Shown here piece by piece: positions 17,789-25,330 of a stretch of 64,000 nucleotides of DNA. The DNA comes from a virus: positions 32,001-96,000 of IMG/VR virus record IMGVR_UViG_3300015370_000568. One strand, written 5' to 3'. Every line of letters begins with the position of its first letter. The stretch's first letter is position 1. The notes under the pieces are model-generated. The model ran no database searches, was not told where the DNA came from, and was given only the letters and a program-made list of their open reading frames with translations. A program made the translations under genes and the position numbers.

Positions 17789-18073
17789 CTGTTGTTTCTC
17801 ATAGGTAATCTTCACACAATCACCTATTAACCACTCGATCTTCTTTACATGCCGGCGAGCTTTCAGAACATTAGCCAGCCATTCTGCTATCTCATTAGCT
17901 GGCTGAATGTGAATATTCTGAATACCAGCAGGACGTAATGTATCTGTAACAATAGGCTCTTCAGGTTCTGATCGTTCTCGTTGCATTTGTTCCATACTAC
18001 GAAGTCTTTGTGGTTCCATTGGTGGCTGCTGTGGAATGATTCCTCGAGGCATATTAGGCATTACTTCTGGCAT
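17783..18073 (-). CDS. hypothetical protein, Pro-rich N-terminus
   Basis: AAGGGAG SD; last ORF of minus arm. Confidence 0.7.
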   Translation of the reverse strand: MPEVMPNMPRGIIPQQPPMEPQRLRSMEQMQRERSEPEEPIVTDTLRPAGIQNIHIQPANEIAEWLANVLKARRHVKKIEWLIGDCVKITYEKQQL

Positions 18074-18259
18074 TAGATAACTCCCTTCAGTGATAAAATA
18101 GCAGGTATAGCTACTTTCTGCAATAGTTAATAACCCAGGACCTTTTAGCTCTCAGGAGAGAGCAGATTTCTGAAAAGGTGAGCATAAGATGACGAGAATG
18201 TTCAATAAATACTTCCGCTGAAGTAATCTTATCAAACTTAAAACCTCGTCGACGGTCTA

Positions 18260-18880
18260 CTAACATTCCCAATAAGCTATCTCTCTACTATATCTCTTAC
18301 TAATATCATGATAAGACCAAATCTCTGGAACTTCAAGTGAAGAAAAGAACTTGTAAGCTTCTGTCCCTTTCCCACCAGCAACAACAACCAGCTTCTGAAA
18401 CTCATCAGGATAGAACCTCTTGAAGCGTTTCATTTTTACTCTATCTCCTGGACGAAGATATCCTTTTACCTCTACCCAATGTTCATTCTTGTTAGCTAAA
18501 GTAATAAGAAAATCAGGAGTATAATGGCGATTCCCTCGTCTAAATGATTCATACCAGAAGGTATGAGGTTCATATTCCCAGGAGACTACTTTGAATTCTT
18601 TGTTTTTCTTCTTGCTCCATTCAAAGAATCTTGCACAATTAGCTTCCCAAGAAGAACGAACATATAAGTTATCAAGGTCACTACGTTTTCCTTGTCGTGT
18701 ACCAGTGGCTGGGTTAACTAGGATAGGTGCATCTTTTGCTCTGATTTTTGCGAGATGAGCTTTAACCGTAGTAGGAGCACGAGCTAGGGCTATACCTAGT
18801 TGGGCCAGAGGTAGCTTTTTATAGTTTGCAGCCAGCCATTCTTCTTCAACGGGCGACCATGGGCGCGTCTTTTGAGCCAT
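18260..18880 (-). CDS. PD-(D/E)XK nuclease with N-terminal HTH/Myb-like domain
   Basis: WSPVEEEWL; RSSWEAN, YEP, YTPDF, VEVKG. Confidence 0.8.
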   Translation of the reverse strand: MAQKTRPWSPVEEEWLAANYKKLPLAQLGIALARAPTTVKAHLAKIRAKDAPILVNPATGTRQGKRSDLDNLYVRSSWEANCARFFEWSKKKNKEFKVVSWEYEPHTFWYESFRRGNRHYTPDFLITLANKNEHWVEVKGYLRPGDRVKMKRFKRFYPDEFQKLVVVAGGKGTEAYKFFSSLEVPEIWSYHDISKRYSREIAYWEC

Positions 18881-18893
18881 AGTTCTTCTACTT

Positions 18894-19619
18894 TTACACG
18901 ATCAAATAGTGGGGCGTAAGACTAGCACCGCGAATCTGTTTAAGATCCGCGGCACATTTTTTGGTCCTCCTTCCCCATATACCATCTACTTCTAGTTGTA
19001 CGTCAATAACTCTTTTGAGTATCTTCTGAGCTTGTTCTGCTACTCTACGTCGAACAATGTTCATCTCTACAGCTCGACCTGGACAAGTCTTTCTCAACCT
19101 TTTATGACCTTTCTTATCTAAAAACCAGCCTGTTCCTTTAAGTTCTCTGTGTCCTAAAACAGCTTCATAAGGGTTAAGGCCCAAGTATAAACAAGTAGCA
19201 GCCGCCCAGATAATGAAATTGGAAAGCTGAGCATCTGTTGGGGCTCTATCAAAAGCTGGTGAAGGCTGTGTAGGTCGATACATGAGACAAGCACCTAGGG
19301 AATTAGCATTATGGCCTCCAGCGTGCCATACAAGGTCTTCCCAGGCATTGCAGTGAATACGTTCTCCATCCTTCATGAATACTTCATGATAGCTAATACC
19401 TGGTAGGCCTAACGGGTCAATTAGATTTCTACCATCTTGACTCCAGCCAAGAGTAATAGCATCAGGGTGAAAGCCTTTCACATCATATTGCCAGAGGTCT
19501 TCAATAGTCCAATCAATATCTGAACAATGTAGGATAATGTATTTAATAGAATGAAGACCACGTCGTCTCCATTGTTTTGAAGAGACAAAGAGAGGATTTA
19601 CGGTAAGGTCTTTCGCCAT
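18894..19619 (-). CDS. N-acetylmuramoyl-L-alanine amidase (probable endolysin)
   Basis: IILHCS, ISYH, WHAGGHNANSLG, GHREL, KTCPG; VDGIWG..T peptidoglycan-binding remnant. Confidence 0.88.
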   Translation of the reverse strand: MAKDLTVNPLFVSSKQWRRRGLHSIKYIILHCSDIDWTIEDLWQYDVKGFHPDAITLGWSQDGRNLIDPLGLPGISYHEVFMKDGERIHCNAWEDLVWHAGGHNANSLGACLMYRPTQPSPAFDRAPTDAQLSNFIIWAAATCLYLGLNPYEAVLGHRELKGTGWFLDKKGHKRLRKTCPGRAVEMNIVRRRVAEQAQKILKRVIDVQLEVDGIWGRRTKKCAADLKQIRGASLTPHYLIV

Positions 19620-20149
19620 ATTTTCTGCTTTCGGTACTGTTCCTTTCTGTACTGTCTGGCTCTATCCAAGAGTTCTTTCTTTCTTTTACTAGAAGGTTTA
19701 GGAAGCTGAATAGTAGAGTGACTCATGGTCTCTAAAGCTTCCTGAATCCTTGGTAATAGAACCTCCTCTGGTTTCTCATTATATTGTATCACAACATAGC
19801 CAAAACCAGCAGAGCGTGCTGCAGTTTCTTTTGCACTGTCCTGTTCCTGGATTTCTTTTAACCCAGGAGTTTTTATACAGGTACGACAGTCGATTTTTGT
19901 ATCTACTCGCGGCCCCCATTGAACTAATTGACTATGCTGCTCCCCATGACATTCAATAACTACTTTCAAGTCTAGAATTACCCAATCATATCGAGCTCTT
20001 CCATTAGGCCATGATGGATTTATTTTCTGGACAGGGTATTCTTGGTAGATACGATAACATGGATAGGTTTGACGCAGCCAGTCACCGACTGAACGATGTA
20101 GTTTACTGGCTGATTTTCGGTAAGCGAACTGGAGACGTCTAGATTTCAA
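19598..20149 (-). CDS. DUF559/Vsr-like endonuclease
   Basis: QEY..., YDWVI, VIECHGEQH, QDSAK. Confidence 0.75.
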   Translation of the reverse strand: MKSRRLQFAYRKSASKLHRSVGDWLRQTYPCYRIYQEYPVQKINPSWPNGRARYDWVILDLKVVIECHGEQHSQLVQWGPRVDTKIDCRTCIKTPGLKEIQEQDSAKETAARSAGFGYVVIQYNEKPEEVLLPRIQEALETMSHSTIQLPKPSSKRKKELLDRARQYRKEQYRKQKIWRKTLP

Positions 20150-20542
20150 CTACTTAGCAGCTAGCTCAAAAACTAGAGCTTTACCTTTGGGAATATCAGA
20201 GAAGAGAAGCATTTCGTTAGAAACAGTAATTTGTAATCCTCGTTTAGACTGTGCTAAATATTCTCTAAAACGAATAGTGACCAAATCACATCCATCGATA
20301 GTTACAAAACAGCTGACATTATCAGCTAGTTCTTCAGGGTCAGAAGGCACGTCTTTGTAAGGGCGAAAGTGTGTCTCTTTCATCTGACAATCAGGATATA
20401 CAGCACACTCTGCAAGAGGCTTCATTGCTTCAATAGGAACAGCAAATAGAAGATGTCTCCAATCAAGATGGACATAATAATACGTGCCATCTGTATAACA
20501 TTCTTGTCCTTCTAATGTAGAAATGAGTAGTGTATTATTCAT
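20150..20542 (-). CDS. hypothetical protein
   Basis: 130 aa ORF in operon. Confidence 0.65.
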   Translation of the reverse strand: MNNTLLISTLEGQECYTDGTYYYVHLDWRHLLFAVPIEAMKPLAECAVYPDCQMKETHFRPYKDVPSDPEELADNVSCFVTIDGCDLVTIRFREYLAQSKRGLQITVSNEMLLFSDIPKGKALVFELAAK

Positions 20543-20975
20543 CTTTAATCCTTTCTATATCTTCTTTAGCCTGACTATCGATAGAGGTGACATCAAAAAC
20601 CAGGACTTCTTCTGTGATGATATCGTCTACACTAACTCCCCAAGTTCTCTCCTTGAACTTACAAGTGAAGGTTTTCCAAATCACAGGAGGTTTATTGTTC
20701 TCTCCAAAATTATGTAAGACTTCAATTCGACATGTACCAACATTAGATTCCCACATTTCAGGTAAGACATTATCACCAAAATCTACAAGCCGCAGAGTAA
20801 GAGTGAACGAATAGGGTTCTTGAGTACATTTTACATCAACAGAAGAACAGCTTGGTACGTATTCTCCATTGATATGTATTCGAGTATCAACTCCACTAGG
20901 AGAATAAACACTATATGGCTTAGAATCACCTAACTGATAGACTGGAACTTTATTCTGGATTGCTGCCATTAACAT
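20535..20975 (-). CDS. tail-tube-like protein, paralogue of 29194..29724
   Basis: SPSGVDTRIHING...LPEMW...WGVSVDDIITEEVLVF resembles myophage tube proteins. Confidence 0.5.
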   Translation of the reverse strand: MLMAAIQNKVPVYQLGDSKPYSVYSPSGVDTRIHINGEYVPSCSSVDVKCTQEPYSFTLTLRLVDFGDNVLPEMWESNVGTCRIEVLHNFGENNKPPVIWKTFTCKFKERTWGVSVDDIITEEVLVFDVTSIDSQAKEDIERIKDE

Positions 20976-21438
20976 ACCTCTCTCTTAGTTTCTGTGCTTC
21001 TTCTACACTCATAACAGAAACGAGATGATATGTCCCATTTCTATTAGCTTGGTCTGCATTTTGTTTTAGAAGGCCTAGAGATACTACGAAAAAACATCCT
21101 CGAACTGAATTACCATCTTCTCTAGTTAGAACAATCTCTAAGACATTTTCGTTTTCCTTCAGGTGACTTTGTCCTTTTACTTTTTCACTAACTGGGGCTC
21201 CATGAGCAAGATAATATATTCCTTCCCAGCAGATAGCATTGTCATCAACCAGAGTTTCTCTGCGAACATAAGGAGTATCGTAAGGAGTGTCGAGAAGAAG
21301 CCAATCGGCAACTGTAAAAATTGTTCCTGGAAAATCAGGAAGAGTGACTAAATAATTGTCTTGACCATCTGCCCAGATAGGATAATTTTCAGGAAGACAA
21401 CGAACAATAACATCAGACTGTCTATTCTTGGAGGCCAT
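20950..21438 (-). CDS. hypothetical protein
   Basis: GAGGT SD, 162 aa. Confidence 0.7.
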   Translation of the reverse strand: MASKNRQSDVIVRCLPENYPIWADGQDNYLVTLPDFPGTIFTVADWLLLDTPYDTPYVRRETLVDDNAICWEGIYYLAHGAPVSEKVKGQSHLKENENVLEIVLTREDGNSVRGCFFVVSLGLLKQNADQANRNGTYHLVSVMSVEEAQKLRERYVNGSNPE

Positions 21439-21441
21439 AAT

Positions 21442-22005
21442 CTACCTCATTCCGGGAGTAGATTCTCGAATAGCAATGACTTGTCGGATATGATTCATTC
21501 TATCAACAATTCTTTGACGAACATCATCTCTTAATGATGAAGGAAGAGAGTCTAAATACAGTTGGGCGGAATCAGGAAATTTACCTGTCCGTTTCCACTC
21601 TTGAAAGTTTTTGACTTCAGAGCTGAGACTAGGAGAAATTTGAAGAGCTTGTTTTTCATAGTCAGTCAATCGAGGAGTACGCTCATTAGCAAATCCATGA
21701 CGATGACGTAGCTCTTCAATAAAATGAATCATTTCAATACCGTTGAGACTTGGGGCCATTGAACTAGCACCTACTGGTCGCCATTCTTCGATAAAATGGG
21801 CAAGAGCTTCCCAGCGTTCATCTTCTTCTATTTTTTGTAAAGACCCACCAGTGATTTCTTCAAGATAGAATTGTCTATCCCAAAGAGTTACGTAATAGAT
21901 ATACTCCCTTACTCCTTCATGTACTGTAGCAAGATGCCAGATAGCATTAGGACACTCTGGTATCTTCAAAGGAAAAGGATTGGTATCAATCATCTTGAAA
22001 CTCAA
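21442..22005 (-). CDS. hypothetical protein
   Basis: GAGGT SD, TTG start, 187 aa. Confidence 0.7.
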   Translation of the reverse strand: MSFKMIDTNPFPLKIPECPNAIWHLATVHEGVREYIYYVTLWDRQFYLEEITGGSLQKIEEDERWEALAHFIEEWRPVGASSMAPSLNGIEMIHFIEELRHRHGFANERTPRLTDYEKQALQISPSLSSEVKNFQEWKRTGKFPDSAQLYLDSLPSSLRDDVRQRIVDRMNHIRQVIAIRESTPGMR

Positions 22006-22006
22006 G

Positions 22007-22489
22007 TTAATACCTCTCTGTAACCCATGCAGGCTGATTATTCACTAATCTAGTAGGATTAGAAAATACTTTATCATCAGGGACAGAAGTTTTATCTCTC
22101 CGCCGAGTAGATAATTTAATCCCTAGTGCTTGAAATTTCTTCTTTCTATTCAAGACTTTGAATACTCTAAAAGCAGCATCATCAGCTTCTTTTTCATCAT
22201 CAAAGCCATTAGCATGAGCTAATTCATGAAGAAGAGTAAGAATGATAATAGCTATAGGCCGTTCAGCAAGACAAAGCGAAGCATGAACACTTTCCATATC
22301 AGGGTCCCAAGCAGCAAGAATATCTGCAACACTGAACCCGTTCTCTCTTTCGAACTCAATCTTATCTATTGCAATATGCTTAGCGAGAGCTACACCATCC
22401 CAATGCCAGACCAGATGAGGCTTGACTTCCCAATCTGCAGGTAAGCACTGTAACAGTACTTTGTATAGACAATGGGTTGTTCGAACCAT
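22007..22489 (-). CDS. HExxH zinc metallopeptidase-like protein
   Basis: TLLHELAH followed by E.EAD (ImmA/IrrE-like arrangement). Confidence 0.7.
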   Translation of the reverse strand: MVRTTHCLYKVLLQCLPADWEVKPHLVWHWDGVALAKHIAIDKIEFERENGFSVADILAAWDPDMESVHASLCLAERPIAIIILTLLHELAHANGFDDEKEADDAAFRVFKVLNRKKKFQALGIKLSTRRRDKTSVPDDKVFSNPTRLVNNQPAWVTERY

Positions 22490-22491
22490 CT

Positions 22492-22818
22492 CTATTGCTT
22501 CTTAATCCGCTCATTATGTGCATCTGCAGCATCCATAGCTGCATTATAGGCATCTAAATCCTTCTTAGGTAGGCCTACAGTCATTGCAGGAGCTGAAGAT
22601 AGAGCACCACACTTTAGACAACGAGCAAAAGCAATAGACGGCTCTTTAATCTGAAGACCGCCTCCAATAGGAGAATTGAGAAGATTGACTCTGACAGCCA
22701 AAACCTCTTCAAACCATTCACAGCCACAATCATTACATTTGGCCGTTTCAATCTTCTGAATGAGTCTCTTAACTGCCTCATCTTGTGCGCTTGCTACGCC
22801 TTCCCACTGTTGAACCAT
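22492..22818 (-). CDS. zinc-finger protein
   Basis: CNDC...CLKC. Confidence 0.7.
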   Translation of the reverse strand: MVQQWEGVASAQDEAVKRLIQKIETAKCNDCGCEWFEEVLAVRVNLLNSPIGGGLQIKEPSIAFARCLKCGALSSAPAMTVGLPKKDLDAYNAAMDAADAHNERIKKQ

Positions 22819-23469
22819 TTAGTCTTTCCTTTCTTGAGTCGTAATCGTATTCACTATTCCAGCATGCCAGAACTGAGCAGCAATGTAAAGCTGTCTATCT
22901 GTAATCTGTATAGATTGATACCTCTCTTTCTTCAACTGACCTCCAGGAGCTGGAGAGAAAAGGTAATAATCTGGCTCGTCTACATATGTAAGCATCATCC
23001 TGAATTTGAGTTCATGAATTACAGGACTCCACCAATTCATAGTAGTCAAATCTCGCGGAAATATATCTATGACTCGTACTCTATTCTTGCCTATAGCTAC
23101 GATATCATTAGTGAATTTAAGTAATGCTCTACCTATTTCACATGTACCTGGCACATTAGCAATTCTCTGTAATTCAGGGATAGCATTAAGGATTTGTTCA
23201 GCATAATCTAATAGCCATCGGGGTCTATCTAAAGGTAGAGAAGGGGGAAAAGTATTAGCAATCAGGTCATCTAAAACTTGATACTTAGCTCCTCTTGGGA
23301 GAGGGCCCCATTTGAATTCTTCTTGGATTAGAGAAGCTACAAAAGTCTTGAGCTGCCACCATAGTTCATCAAGATAGGGATTAGTCTCTCTATTAGTTAG
23401 CCATTGTGAAGAGCTATTAGCATAGAGACCTAGCTCCTCGATACTGAGGGCCTGCTGATGATACGGCAT
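22819..23469 (-). CDS. hypothetical protein
   Basis: 216 aa, GGAG SD. Confidence 0.7.
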   Translation of the reverse strand: MPYHQQALSIEELGLYANSSSQWLTNRETNPYLDELWWQLKTFVASLIQEEFKWGPLPRGAKYQVLDDLIANTFPPSLPLDRPRWLLDYAEQILNAIPELQRIANVPGTCEIGRALLKFTNDIVAIGKNRVRVIDIFPRDLTTMNWWSPVIHELKFRMMLTYVDEPDYYLFSPAPGGQLKKERYQSIQITDRQLYIAAQFWHAGIVNTITTQERKD

Positions 23470-24056
23470 GACGGCTCCATAATGCAGTTAAACTGGGCTT
23501 CTACAGCGGGAGAATATCTACCCATGATTTCTGCTTGATAAGTTTCCGGAGACAGAACTTCTTGAAGACTTTCCATCGCCTTGGTGTCATGAATAGAGTA
23601 ATGTTCTCCAAAGATACCTACAGGGATGCCTGTTTCAATAAGAAAGTCTGAAAAGGCATCACCTTCATAAGTATACGGCGAGGAAATGAAAAGAAGAGTC
23701 TTCTTCGCCTGCTCATGAAATAACCAAGACAAGACTGTCTCATTACAAAAGACAGCTTCATCTACTACTATTTGGTCAGCCCGTTTAATTGACGAGAGAA
23801 AAACGTAATCATCTTCAGGACCTAATGGACAAGGTTGTATTTCAGCATAAATATTTACATCTTCTGTCTCAAGCCAACGAGCTTTTTCTCGTACATAAAC
23901 TGACATCTGCATACGAGGAACAATAACTGTTGTTACTGGAAAAAGTCTAGACCTCAATAAAGCTCCTGTTGTCTTGCCTGATTGTCGTGGAGCAATCCAG
24001 GCACTAACAGGATATTCACAATCAAGTAGTTTCTGTTGAAGCGAATTGAAAATCAT
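23430..24056 (-). CDS. terminase large-subunit-like ATPase domain, no nuclease domain
   Basis: Walker A APRQSGKTT, Walker B IVVDEA, coupling motif ISSP, YQAEIMGRY linker, then ends; ATGA-coupled start at 24056. Confidence 0.75.
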   Translation of the reverse strand: MIFNSLQQKLLDCEYPVSAWIAPRQSGKTTGALLRSRLFPVTTVIVPRMQMSVYVREKARWLETEDVNIYAEIQPCPLGPEDDYVFLSSIKRADQIVVDEAVFCNETVLSWLFHEQAKKTLLFISSPYTYEGDAFSDFLIETGIPVGIFGEHYSIHDTKAMESLQEVLSPETYQAEIMGRYSPAVEAQFNCIMEPSCRIISRPSVSRS

Positions 24057-25003
24057 AGTGTACTCCCAAATCCAATCCCAAAGCCATATGAGTTTTGAGG
24101 GAAAATCCAATGAGCCATCGGCCCAATAAACAAATCAGATAGAAGAGGTAACTGCTTCCCTATGTTATAGGATATAGGCATGAAACCTACAGCACCACAC
24201 TCAGAACCACATATACCACCTGAGACACGAAGAAATCGCCAGGTATTATCATCGGGGGTTAATCCATAAGCCATGAAAGACATACCTACTTCAGCTACAG
24301 CATGAAGTTTGACATCTAAATTGAGTCCGCCGACTAGACATATATCAATATGAGGAGCCCAGACAAAGAATCTTTCTTCAGGATAATCTACCTGTAATAC
24401 ATCTAACTCAGTCAGTTCTAATTTGACTAAGTCTTGACCTTCTTTGTCTAACTCATATAAAGAGACATAGAAAACTGACTGACCATCTCCAGTAATAGCT
24501 CTTGAAAGACTACCTCGAAATTTTTGGGTCAGCTCATAGGAAAAGTCTTCAGTGATAGCATCACCCTGGACAGAGAGCCTCCAATCCTGAAATGCAAAGG
24601 GTAGACTTTTTATTTCGTGAACCTTTGGGTCGTCCTCTGGGCCGCTTAGGTAGACTATCTTTTCCTTTGATACTACCTTTGTTTCCCACTTTACTACTAA
24701 TTTCCCTTCTCCCTTGCTTCTTAAGCTTGCTTCCAGATTCACTACTTCCTGTGTCTTGAGCTCTAACCGCTGGACATCCTCCAGATGACTCTGTTCCATT
24801 TGCTGGAGAGCTGTCTGCAAACTCACCAGTCTTGATTGTGCCCGACCCAATTGCAAATCTGATTGCACCCTTGATGCAGTTAACTCCGCAATTGTTTGCG
24901 AGCTTCTGTATTCGAGCCAGAGTCCTCTTATCATTAGGACAATAACGATTAAAGCTACCATCCCCAAGCACACAAAGTGCCAGGGCTTGAGAGTATTTTT
25001 CAT
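24053..25003 (-). CDS. membrane-anchored coiled-coil protein with beta-rich C-terminus (spanin-like?)
   Basis: N-terminal TM, coiled coil, C-terminal amphipathic strands ending YGFGIGFGSTL. Confidence 0.6.
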   Translation of the reverse strand: MKNTLKPWHFVCLGMVALIVIVLMIRGLWLEYRSSQTIAELTASRVQSDLQLGRAQSRLVSLQTALQQMEQSHLEDVQRLELKTQEVVNLEASLRSKGEGKLVVKWETKVVSKEKIVYLSGPEDDPKVHEIKSLPFAFQDWRLSVQGDAITEDFSYELTQKFRGSLSRAITGDGQSVFYVSLYELDKEGQDLVKLELTELDVLQVDYPEERFFVWAPHIDICLVGGLNLDVKLHAVAEVGMSFMAYGLTPDDNTWRFLRVSGGICGSECGAVGFMPISYNIGKQLPLLSDLFIGPMAHWIFPQNSYGFGIGFGSTL

Positions 25004-25106
25004 CCAGCACCGCCTGTAAAGCAGAACAGGGAGAACGAAAACAGGCTTCTTGAACACTCCATTGTTCTCTGTCTAGACACCAAATCCATTCTCTGGGTAT
25101 TTCCAC
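24561..25106 (-). CDS. Cys-rich protein with AT-hook, overprinted on the 24053..25003 gene
   Basis: AAGGAG SD before GTG; KRPRGRPKGSRNK AT-hook. Confidence 0.65.
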   Translation of the reverse strand: MEIPREWIWCLDREQWSVQEACFRSPCSALQAVLDEKYSQALALCVLGDGSFNRYCPNDKRTLARIQKLANNCGVNCIKGAIRFAIGSGTIKTGEFADSSPANGTESSGGCPAVRAQDTGSSESGSKLKKQGRREISSKVGNKGSIKGKDSLPKRPRGRPKGSRNKKSTLCISGLEALCPG

Positions 25107-25123
25107 AGAGACTCCTTTCTTTC

Positions 25124-25315
25124 TTAGCCAACGCGAGCATGGTCATTCCATAGGCCCCAAGATAAATGTTTAGCCGGCCCTTTCTTATTAAATACTCTCT
25201 TTGCTACCTGTCCACAAAAAGGACACACCGGCTCGTATTCATCTCTAAGAGCCATCGAAGGACACATAGCCTCGAACTCTTCATGACAACTAGTACACTC
25301 ATAATCATATAGCAT
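25124..25315 (-). CDS. FmdB-family zinc ribbon protein
   Basis: YDYECTSC.EEFE...CPFCG. Confidence 0.85.
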   Translation of the reverse strand: MLYDYECTSCHEEFEAMCPSMALRDEYEPVCPFCGQVAKRVFNKKGPAKHLSWGLWNDHARVG

Positions 25316-25330
25316 TCCTACCTCCTCTCT

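Noticed and set aside
18074-18259. Possible ncRNA or origin in the largest intergenic gap
   Set aside because: Only short hairpins and a weak TTGCAG-N17-TATTTT promoter candidate; no iterons or recognisable RNA fold, so not supportable
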